From Chiloscyllium plagiosum (lineage: Eukaryota): a stretch of DNA of 59,989 nt. Location: the NCBI RefSeq assembly GCF_004010195.1, contig NC_057725.1:32868786-32928774 (forward strand), given 5' to 3'. Of the stretch, positions 50,026-59,989 are shown in pieces (position 1 is the stretch's first letter; each line of letters begins with the position of its first letter). The notes under the pieces are model-generated. The model made no database searches. It was given only the letters and a program-made list of their open reading frames with translations, and was not told the DNA's origin. The position numbers and the translations under genes are program-made.

Positions 50026-50490
50026 TTTACTGGATGGACACAATCAAAGCAAGGTGACCGCACACAAAGCTGAAACTTCTGGTTTGCAAGCAGAAGCTCT
50101 GTCACCTAAATCATGTTTTTCCAAGAGCTCATATATATGGGAAGACTTGAGGTTTACCAGCAGTTCTGAGTTACTGAGTTTATTACTTCCTTCATTACAC
50201 AGTCACGTATTTATCCTGATAGAGAAAAGTCAATTGAGAATCAAACTGTACAATCTTGTCATATTTGACATTCAAATAAAAATCATGACAGCAAATATTT
50301 CGATTCCTGAAAAATGTTGTAAAGCATTGTCATTAAAAGCTAAATCCACACAGTACAGCAAAAGCTTAAAAATCCTCCTGCATACTGGCCTGATGCAGAA
50401 ATAAACTTTGAACTTACTCCTAACAGACCTATTTATTTAGGGTTTCCATCGCCTCTGACCAAGAGATACCAAAACTTGTTATACTCTTAC

Positions 50491-50542
50491 CTGCTGATGA
50501 AGTGAAAAATATGATGATAACACAGAAAAGTAAGATTCCCAT
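50491..50542 (-). pseudogene. Duplicated orphan leader exon (MGILLFCVIIIFFTSSA-G)
   Basis: Same length (52 nt), phase and donor (G|GTAAGAG) as 31544-31595, inside the duplicated block. No second V, C1 or TM exon is visible downstream of it. Confidence 0.75.
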
Positions 50543-51235
50543 CCCCTTTAAACTGGAAAATACACTTTTATTCAGAGAATAGAATCTTCAGGTATCCAAA
50601 CCAGATATTACTTGTACTTTTGTTTCATTGAACATGCCCAATTTTACACAATCAAATGATAACTTTATAGTAATTCTTGATTAAATAAAACACTGGAATG
50701 CCACACACTGACACGGACTTTATTCAGGTTAATATAAAATACAAGGGAATATTTTTGTTGAGCTCATCAGGATTTTACACAAGATTGATTTTAGTGTATG
50801 GAGACCGAATCAAATTCTAAAACTCATTCAACAAGCAGCTGGCAGGAAAACAAGATTTTAAATATTGATTTGTGAAATCCAGCCGCAAAGGAATGACAGC
50901 AGCAAACTGCTCCATTCTTATACTCTCGCTCAATGGGTTGTATATTTGAACATTCATACAGGTTCCACAGACAAATGCCCCACTCCACTCAGAAACTGCA
51001 GTTTTACTGAAGAAAACTATGACTCCAATTTAAATCCATGTGATTTTGCACCTCTATGTACAGGCATTCAGCTACTTCTCGTGCACACCCTATCCTTCCA
51101 TCACTACTCAGTTGATTGTGATGAATGTGCTGACAGTAAATGTATTAGAGACTGAGACATTGTGAAATCATGGCAGAATTCAACATGGTCAGTTTTTGAG
51201 GAACCTTAATGGATGTGCCCTGCTCCACTTGACTT

Positions 51236-52880
51236 AGCGTCTTTGGTCCAACCCGTCCATGCCGAACAGATATCCCACCACAATCTAGTCCCACCTGCTA
51301 GCACCCAGCCCAAATCCCTCCAAACCCTTCCCATTCATATACCAATCCAAAAGCCTCTTAAATGTTGCAATTGTACCAGCCTCCACCACTTCCTCCGGCA
51401 ACTCATTCCATACACATACCACCCTCTGTGTGAAAAAGTTGCCCCTTGGGTTTCTTTTATACCTTTTCCCTCTCACTCTAAACCTATGCCCTCTAGTTCT
51501 AGACTCCCTGACACCAGGGAAAAGACTTTGCTTCTTTACCCTATCCATGCCTCTCATAATTTTGTAAACCTCTATAAGGTCACTCCTCAGCCTCCGCCGC
51601 TCCAGGGAAAACAGCCCCAGCCTGTTCAGCCTCACCCAAAAGCTCAAATCCTCCAACCCTGGCAACATGCTTGTAAATTTTTTCTGAACCCTTTCAAGTT
51701 TCACAACATCTTTCCAACAGGAAGGAGACCAGAATTGCACACAATATTCCAACAGTGGCCTAACCAATGGCCTGTACAGCCACAACATGACTTCCCAACT
51801 CCTGTACTCAATATTCTGACCAATAAAAGAAAGCATACCAAACGCCTTCTTCACTATCCTATCTACCTGTAGCTCCACTTTCAAGGAGCAATGAACATGC
51901 ACTCCAAGGTCTCTTTGTTCAGCAACACTCCCTAGGACCTTAGCATTAAGTATATAAGCCCTACTAAGATTTGCTTTTCCAAAATGCAGCACCTCACATT
52001 TATCTGAATTAAATTCCATCTGCCACTTCTCAGCCCATTGGCCCATCTGGTCAAGATCCTGTTGTAATCTGAGGTAATCCTCTTCACTGTCCACTACGCA
52101 TCCAATGTTGGTGTCATCTGTAAACTTACTAACTGTACCTCTTATGCTCGCATCCAAATCATTTATGTAAATGATAAAAAGTAGAGGGCCCAGCACTGAT
52201 CCTTGTGACACTCCACTGGTCACAGGCCTCCAGTCTGGAAAAACAACCCTCCACCACCACACTCTGTTTCTACCTATGAGTCAGTTCTGTATCCAAATGG
52301 CTAGTTCTCCCTGTATTTCATGAGATCTAACCTTGCTAATCAGTCTCCCATGCGGAACCTTGTCGAATGCCTTACTGAAGTCCATATAGATCACATCTAC
52401 CACTCTGTCCTCATCCATCCTCTTTGTTACTTCCTCAAAAACTCAATCAAGTTTGTGAGACATGATTTCCCACGCATAAAGCCATGTTGACTATCCCTAA
52501 TCAGTCCTTGCCTTTCCAAACACATGTATATCCTGTCCCTCATGATTCCCTCCAACAACTTGCCCACCACCGACGTCAGGCTCACTGGTCTATAGTTCCC
52601 TGGCTTGGCCTGACCACCCTTCTTAAACAGTGGCATGACGTTTGCCAATCTCCAATCTTCCGCCACCTCACTTGTGACTATTGATGAAAGAAATATCCCA
52701 GCAAGAGGCCCAGCAATCACTTCTCTAGCTTCCCAAAGAGTTCTAGGGTACACCTGATCAGGTCCTGGGGATTTATCCACTTTTATGCGTTTCAAGATAT
52801 CCAGCACTTCCTTTTCTGTAATCTGGATGTTTTACAAGATGTCACCATCTATTTCCCTACAGTCTAATGCTTCCATATCC
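51236..52880 (-). mobile_element. CR1 LINE inserted upstream of the orphan leader
   Basis: 325-aa RT ORF at 51285-52262; absent at the paralogous site near 34695. Confidence 0.93.
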
Positions 52881-53506
52881 TTGCCAGAGTAACACTTCAG
52901 TTTGAGTGGTTTTCACAAGGAAAGACAGAGGTTTCCATGTCAGTCGAAGTTTTTAACAGTCTGTTGTTCATACCATGTCTTGATCTCTTGTGCATAGTTG
53001 GCCACTAAGTTACATGAGAGTTAATGAAATGTGGTGGCTAGTGCAGAGGAAATAAACAAAAGAAGGATTATGAGTGCAGTGACAGAGAAAACAATACCGA
53101 ATCATACATGGGAATGTATCAAGAAATCATTCATCACACAAGGTGCCCCACTTGATCAGAATTGTTATCTTGGACTTTATTTTTTTCAATAAGGAGAACA
53201 AGTAGCAATGAAAGGAGGGTAAGCGTCATTCATAAACCTGCACAACACAACCAGCAGCCTCTTGGTTGCGAAAACGCACATAGACTGGCTAAATAGAAAG
53301 GGATTCTGCATACATTGGACAAGTAAAACTCTGAAATCACAAAACTCAAGCATCCAATAAACTCAAAAGACAATAGTTACCCTGGACAGATATATCCCCA
53401 ACTTATCCGACAAGCAAAGGAGGCCCAGACAGAAAGGCTGGGTCCTGCTACAAAAAGATGCAAACATTCGCATGCCATCCAAATGATTGACACTGTTTCA
53501 AACAAT

Positions 53507-54090
53507 AGAAAGTTAAAAATCACACAACACCAGGTTATAGTCCAACAGGTTTATTTGGAAGCTCTAGCTTTCAGAGCGCTGCTCCTTCATCAGGTGATTG
53601 TGGAGAATAAGATTGTGAGATGCAGAATTTATGGCAAAAGTTTCCAGTGTGATGTAACTGAAATTATATATTGGAAAAGACCCGAAATGTTTGTTCAGTC
53701 TCTCATCTTTTAGAATGACCATGTTGGTGTCAGTTCCTTCATATGTAAATCACAAAACTTTTTTAAGAAGTTACATTCTCAAGTGCCCTTTAACAATTGG
53801 TGTCATGTTGGCCCAGGTAAGGTATTGAAGGTGTTAACTCCCTCTGAGGCTGTCTGATTCTAATCTAAAAAACGGATGTTCAGAACCTTACATGGATTCA
53901 TGCAGCTTTTGAGCAAAGTAAAATGTAATTTTGCAAGGACAAATTCACCCCACAAATTTATATGTGTATGTGTGCGTGTTTATGTGGGGGGAGGTGGGGG
54001 GGAGGGTGATGGGGGCGGGGCGGGTAGGATTATGTGTGTCTGTGAGAGGATGTGTGTATGTGTGTGAGTGTAAAGGGGTTTAAGTCTGTC
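53507..54090 (-). mobile_element. Penelope pseudo-LTR (family B) with (GT)n-rich tract
   Basis: Inverted homolog of about 43060-43730. Confidence 0.7.
53565..53593 (-). ncRNA. Minimal hammerhead ribozyme core
   Basis: CUGAUGA-A-GGAGC(AGC)GCUCU-GAAAGC-UA. Confidence 0.65.
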
Positions 54091-54306
54091 TTAGAGTCAT
54101 AGAGTCATAGAGATGTACAGCATGGAAACAGACCCTTCAGACCAACCCGTCCGTGCCGACCAGATATCCCAACCCAATCTAGTCCCAACTGCCAGCACCC
54201 GGCCCATATCCCTCCAAACCCTTCCTATTTATATACACATCCAAATGCCTCTTAAATGTCGCAATTGTACCAGCCTCCACCACATCCTCTGGCAGCTCAT
54301 TCCATA

Positions 54307-54648
54307 NNNNNNNNNNNNNNNNNNNNNNNNNNNNNNNNNNNNNNNNNNNNNNNNNNNNNNNNNNNNNNNNNNNNNNNNNNNNNNNNNNNNNNNNNNNNNN
54401 NNNNNNNNNNNNNNNNNNNNNNNNNNNNNNNNNNNNNNNNNNNNNNNNNNNNNNNNNNNNNNNNNNNNNNNNNNNNNNNNNNNNNNNNNNNNNNNNNNNN
54501 NNNNNNNNNNNNNNNNNNNNNNNNNNNNNNNNNNNNNNNNNNNNNNNNNNNNNNNNNNNNNNNNNNNNNNNNNNNNNNNNNNNNNNNNNNNNNNNNNNNN
54601 NNNNNNNNNNNNNNNNNNNNNNNNNNNNNNNNNNNNNNNNNNNNNNNN
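54307..54648. other. Assembly gap (N run)
   Basis: Ns. Confidence 1.
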
Positions 54649-56016
54649 CTGCGACTCCACTTTCAAGGAGCTATGAACCTGCACTCCAAGGTCTCTTTGT
54701 TCAGCAACACTCCCTAGGACCTTACCATTAAGTGTATAAGTCCTGCTAAGATTTACTTTTGCAAAATGCAGCACCTCACATTTATCTGAATTAAACTCCA
54801 TCTGCCTACTTCTCAGCCCATTGGCCCATCTAGTCAAGACCCTGTTGTAATCTGGGGTAACCCTCTTCGCTGTCCACTACACCTCCAATTTTGGTGTCAT
54901 CTGCAAACTTACTAACTGTACCTCTTATGCTTGCATCCAAATCATTTATGTAAATGACAAAATGTGAGGGCCCAGCACCGTTTCTTCTCGCACTCCACTG
55001 GTCACAGGCCTCCAGTCTGAAAAAAACCTTCCACCACCACCCTCTGTCTTCTTCCTTTGAGCCAATTCTGTATCCAAATGGCTAGTTCTCCCTATATTCC
55101 ATGAGATCTAACCTTGCTAATCAGTCTCCCATGGGGAACCTTGTCGAACACCTTACTGAAGTCCATATAGATCACATCTACTGCTCTGCACTCATCAATC
55201 TTCTTTGTTACTTCTTCAAAAAACTCAATCAAGTTTGTGAGACATGATTTCCTACGCACAAAGCCATATTGACTATCCCGAATCAGTCCTTGCCTTTCCA
55301 AATACATGTACATCCTGTCCCTCAGGAGTCCCTCCAACAACTTGCTCACCACCAAGGTCAGGCTTACTGGTCTATAGATCCCTGGCTTGTCCTTACCACC
55401 CTTCTTAAACAGTGGCACAACGTTTGCCAACCTCCAGTCTTCCGGCACTTCACCTGTGACTATTGATAAATCAAATATCTCAATAAGAGGCCCAGCAATC
55501 ACTTCTCTAGCTTCCCACAGAGTTCTCGGGTACACCTGATCAGGTCCTGGGGATTTATCCACCTTTAACCGTTTCAAGACATCCAGAATTTCCTCCTCTG
55601 TAATCTGGACATTTTGCAAGATGTCACCATCTATTTCCCTATCTTCCATATCCTTTTCCACAGTAAATACTGATGCAAGGTATTCATTTAGTATCTCCCC
55701 CATTTTCTGTGGTTCCACACAAAGGCCGCCTTGCTGATTTTTGAGGGGCCACATTCTCTCCCTTGTTACCCTTTTGTCCTTAATATATTTGTAAAAACCC
55801 TTTGGATTCTCCTTAATTCTATTTGCCAAAGCTATCTCTTGTCCCCGTTTTGCCCTCCTGATTTCCCTTTGAAGTGTACTCCTACTTTCTTTATACTCTT
55901 CTAAGGATTCACTTGATCTATTCTGTCTGTACCTGACATATGCTTCCTTCTTTTTCTTAACCAAACCCTCAATTTCTTTAGTCATCCAGCATTCCCTATA
56001 GTTACCAGCCTTCCCT

Positions 56017-56220
56017 NNNNNNNNNNNNNNNNNNNNNNNNNNNNNNNNNNNNNNNNNNNNNNNNNNNNNNNNNNNNNNNNNNNNNNNNNNNNNNNNNNNN
56101 NNNNNNNNNNNNNNNNNNNNNNNNNNNNNNNNNNNNNNNNNNNNNNNNNNNNNNNNNNNNNNNNNNNNNNNNNNNNNNNNNNNNNNNNNNNNNNNNNNNN
56201 NNNNNNNNNNNNNNNNNNNN
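56017..56220. other. Assembly gap (N run)
   Basis: Ns. Confidence 1.
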
Positions 56221-56406
56221 CTTGACCTCCTTCCACCTATCGCATTTCCAACGCCCCTCCCCCAAGTCCCTCCTCCCTACCTTTTATCTTAGCCTGCTGG
56301 GCACACTTTCCTCATTCCTGAAGAAGGGCTCATGCCCGAAACATCGATTCTCCTGCTCCTTGAATGCTGCCTGACCTGCTGCGCTTTTCCAGCAACAGAT
56401 TTTCAG
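56221..56406 (+). mobile_element. Penelope pseudo-LTR (family A) inside CR1, next to a gap
   Basis: Matches 33705-33892; hammerhead core at 56318-56345. Confidence 0.8.
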
Positions 56407-56595
56407 CTTCCCTTTCACCCTGACAAGAATATACTTTCTCTGGATTCTTGTTATCTCATTTCTGAAGGCTTCCCATTTTCCAGCCGTCCCTTTACCTGCG
56501 AACATCTGCCTCCAATCAGCTTTTGAAAGTTCTTGCGTAATACCGTCAACAGAGGGTGTGTGTGGGAGTGAATGCATGAGTGTATGAGAGAGGGT

Positions 56596-56802
56596 TGAAA
56601 CTTTATTGCTGGAACAGCACAGCAGGTCAGGCAGCATCCAGGGAACAGGAGATTCGACGGTCCGGGCACAGGCCCTTCTTCAGAAGGGCCTGTGCCCGAA
56701 ACGTCGACTCTCCTGTTCCCTGGATGCTGCCTGACCTGCTGTGCTGTTCCAGCAATAAAGTTTCAACTTTGATCTCCAGCATCTGCAGACCTCACTTTCT
56801 CC
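56596..56802. mobile_element. Palindromic Penelope-derived insert (family A)
   Basis: 15-bp TSD TGTATGAGAGAGGGT (56581-56595, 56803-56817); inverted arms. Confidence 0.85.
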
Positions 56803-57068
56803 TGTATGAGAGAGGGTCTGAGTGTGTGTGTGTCTGTCTGTCTATGTGTATAGAAAAATGGAGTCACCTGTAGTGTGACATGAACCCAGTGTCCTGGTTG
56901 AGGCCATCCCTGTGGGTACCCAACTTGATTACCAGCCTCTGCTCGGCCACTTTATGTTGTTGCCTGTCCCGAAGTACGCCTCGGAGGACGGTTACCTGAA
57001 CTTCCGAGGTTGAATGCTCCGGACCGCTGAAGTGTTCTCCAACTGGAAGGAAACACACCTGTCTGTTG

Positions 57069-57387
57069 ATTAGATTAGATTACTTGCAGTGTGGAAACAG
57101 GCCCTTCGGCCCAACAAGTCCACACCGACCCTCAGAAGAGCAACCCACCCACACCCATTCCCCTACATTTACCCCTTCACCTAACACTATGGGCAATTTA
57201 GCATGGCCAATTCACCTAACCTGCACATCTTTGGACTGTGGAGGAAACTGGAGCACCCGGAGGAAGCCCACGCACACACGGGGAGAATGTGTAAACTCTA
57301 TACAGACAGTTACCCGAGGTGGGAATTGAACACAGGTCTCTGGCGCTGTGAGGCAGCAGTGCTAACCACTGTGCCACCGTGCCGCCC
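57069..57387 (-). mobile_element. tRNA-derived SINE inside the Penelope endonuclease
   Basis: Homologous to 13121-13456. Confidence 0.9.
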
Positions 57388-59724
57388 GTTGTGTGGTGTC
57401 CATTCATCCATTTCCATAGCTTCTGTTTGGTCTCGCCAATGTACCATGCAGGCAACGATGCCCTGAGGATGGGGATGGCCTCAACTGGGACATTGGGTTC
57501 ATGTCACACTACAAGTGACCCCATTGCACAATACACACAGACAGACAGACACACAAACACACTCTCAGACCCTCTCTCATTCACTCATGCATTCACTCTC
57601 TAAGCCCGCAATGCCGAGCAATGCACATCAGGCCCCCTAGTGCTTTGAATGCCATGGAGCATCCAAAGAAGAATCAATTGGTGGTGTACAGGAAGCGCAT
57701 CAAGTGTTGTACATTGTGTTGTATGAGTGTGGATATCCCAGATGATTGGTGGGGTGTTTCTGAGTACAGATGCATGGCAGTGGCTTGCTGAGTACATAGC
57801 CCAGACAAGGGGTCAGAGTGAGGACGGCGATGCAATAGGAAGCCCCGCCAGAAAGAGTTCCTTGAGGACGAAATTAAGAACAGGCTAAAAGCAGGAGTGA
57901 AGGCTCCTCCCCCAGCTTGTTCCACACATAAACACATGCACACCAGACCCTAGCATTGCACTAGTCATTAAAGACTCAGGTAAAATCTTGTTTGACAATA
58001 CTCACCACAGGCTAATGCCAGTCATAATAGATGTATCAGGGATACAGTTAATGGAATGGCGTTGTTCCCCATTAAAACAATCATACTCACACCTGGCCCA
58101 CAGAACAATGGGGCAAGAGGCAGGGAGCTGTGACAGAAACCCAGTCCAGCAGTTAATCAATGAAAGAGAAGGGAGCTCCTTAATGATCTAGCCACAACAT
58201 ATGGGGCAGGAGTTTCAATAGTCAACACCCTTGATTTGGCTCATTTGGATAATAAACTCAGGATCTTGCCCAAACAAACTGAACGAGTCATGGAAGGATT
58301 GAATATAGACAATCGACAAGAGACCATAGGATAAATAGTGGAAAATCAGGCTAGCCACCACTGGGTGATCAAACTACAGAGTCAAGACAACGAGCCAGAT
58401 CGGCCAAGACAAAAGCAGAGATGACATTGAGTAGCAAAACCACACCATGTACAGCATCGACAGTAACTGGATATTGATCAGGGAAAGGAGGACCTCAGGC
58501 AGGCTAGCCAAGGGAAGGTCCTGTCCTGGATTAGTGATGAACAACTTGAACATTTGTTCCAAGAGAGCACCCACATTAATATCTCTTGTCTCATTTGCAG
58601 CACCTGACCATGGTATGATTTAATGTGAACTGTAAGGACATTCTCCGTGAGACGCTCCACTTGGTGCTAGGAATTCCAATTATCCCCAGCAACAAAGTTG
58701 TGTTGAGGACTTTTGAAGGTGAAAATATTGGAAGTGTGAATAAAAATTGTATTTGGTTAGGGTGCTATGACACGCTCCCATATGGTGTGGAGACTTAAGG
58801 GACATTGACAGGGAGCAATCGAAGTAAATGTGAACAAACAGGCCACACCTTCAACATGGTTAGCCATGAATTCAGCTCCTCTCATATCTAGCTGTGCTCC
58901 TACTTGCGCTCACTTTGATATAACTCAGGATACTGGTGATTCAGATTGCATGCTGAGAAAGACAGTTATCCCAAGAGATTGGCGCGCTCACTTTGAATAA
59001 TCCCGTACCTGCACAGAGGGGCTGTAAGATAGATGGAACTCCCAAAGTTATCTATTGTTACTTCTTTTCGTTGCGATTACTGAATGTTGTCTTCGCATCA
59101 TAATCCTGAATGAATTATCGTGACAGGGATTTTCCTTTTCATACACACAATTATATTGTAGGCTTGACCAATGTGCACAATAGCTTTCATATGAACACAT
59201 AGCCTTCCCTGACAATAAACATAACCAACTTCGAAAATTAGGTTTGAACTTCATTTGCATAAGTATTTTGCCGTTCAAAAGGGGAAAAATGTAGCAACCT
59301 CCTTGCTGCTAAAATACAGACAGATTGCCAACTTGACCAAACAGCAAGGGATGCTGGGTAAATTGGCCAAATACCATGGCCAGGTGCTAATGACATTAGC
59401 ATAGTGTAAAAGGCAACCGTTATCCTGGATAGACATAACCCCAACAATTTATCCGCCAAACAAAGGAGGCCCCAGACAGAAAAGCACTGGGTCCTGTTAC
59501 ACAAAGAAGCTAACAGTGGCATGCCATCCAAATGTTTGACACTGTTTGAAACTATTAAGTGAGTCATCATGATTGGTCAGAACTACAAGAAGATCCAGAA
59601 AAAGATCCACAAAGGTTTAAAACAAAGTTCACCTGCAGATGGACATAAAGCAGTGTGAGAGTGAAAGGATGGACGTCAGAATGCAATTTCGCAGAGACAG
59701 AGCCAGAGAAAGAGCAACTGTGTA

Positions 59725-59989
59725 CAGAGGAACCTCAATTATCCACATGAGATGGGCCGGCACTATTTCATTTGGATAATTGATGATACGTTTAATCGAT
59801 TCATTGCCTTTCTTCTGGGGCTCAGAGTTTTCTATTAAGTCCGCTCCCCGTTCAGGAGACTAGCAGCATCACACTGCGTGCAAGCCTTAATCTGGCCCCA
59901 ACACCACTCACCGCCCACTCCCCCAAAACCTGTCCAACACCACACACCCCCCACCCCGCAAAACCCCATCCAACACCGCATACTCCCCA
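59725..59989. mobile_element. Tigger/pogo-like DNA element end inserted in the LTR
   Basis: TA|CAGAGGAACCTCAATTATCC terminus exactly where homology to the paralogous LTR stops; runs off the window. Confidence 0.5.

Larger units (their letters stand above)
54092..56548 (-). mobile_element. CR1 LINE (spans two gaps and a Penelope insert)
   Basis: 297-aa ORF2 piece at 55092-55985; tail (AGAGTCAT)n at 54093. Confidence 0.92.
56549..57465 (-). mobile_element. Penelope-like GIY-YIG endonuclease fragment, interrupted by a SINE and a short PLE insert
   Basis: PAWYIGETKQKL..MNGH [SINE] LPVGEHFSGPEHS...AEQRLVIKLGTHRDGLN. The matching pseudo-LTR part is probably 53507-54090. Confidence 0.75.
45270..59724. 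repeat. Segmental duplication, copy 2
   Basis: Same orientation as copy 1 but with a different set of younger TE insertions. May continue beyond the window. Confidence 0.9.
53250..59724 (+). mobile_element. Paralogous copy of the same provirus, interrupted by Penelope/CR1/SINE insertions (53507-57600) and internally deleted
   Basis: 5' LTR fragment at 53250-53505; gag scrap at 57601-57670; env at 57900-59240; PPT AAAAGGGGAAAAA at 59277-59289; 3' LTR from 59290 (TGTAGCAAC). Confidence 0.8.

Noticed and set aside
50012-50404. 130-aa ORF with an apparent homolog at 31148-31390
   Set aside because: Antisense to intron 1; the similarity is explained by the segmental duplication and the frames are not preserved.
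51213-51872. 219-aa plus-strand ORF and similar Pro/Gln-rich ORFs (18536-18982, 29252-29773)
   Set aside because: Antisense shadows of CR1 ORF2.
51285-52262. Domesticated or active reverse transcriptase gene
   Set aside because: 5'-truncated CR1 with a frameshift upstream and FADD changed to FTDD; an ordinary young dead copy.

Overview
Vertebrate genomic DNA, most likely from a cartilaginous fish (shark). This is inferred from the HE1/V-SINE-type tRNA SINEs, the very abundant CR1 LINEs and the Penelope-derived repeats. There are three assembly gaps. One host gene lies on the minus strand: an Ig-superfamily type I membrane protein with exons for a leader (31544-31595), IgV (20499-20837), IgC1 (15594-15908) and TM (14391-14492), plus a probable cytoplasmic exon (2432-2583). 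All introns are phase-1 GT-AG and the product is about 319 aa. It best fits a B7-H6/NCR3LG1-like B7-family ligand. The 5' half of the locus (intron 1, leader exon, promoter and an upstream decayed provirus) is tandemly duplicated, about 20.9-41.6 kb versus 45.3-59.7 kb. The second copy keeps an intact leader exon but has no V exon, has lost many CpGs and has lost two IRF-type motifs. The upstream provirus has LTRs, a PPT, a gag with a CCHC knuckle, no visible pol, and two tandem env-like segments, one with a decayed furin site and fusion peptide. The rest is nested transposons: CR1, Rex1/Babar, Gypsy-type relics, solo LTRs, SINEs, pogo/Tigger-type MITEs, and many short Penelope-derived inserts carrying minimal hammerhead ribozyme cores. 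Repeat boundaries were read by eye and are approximate unless a TSD is quoted. Family names come from motif recognition, not database searches.
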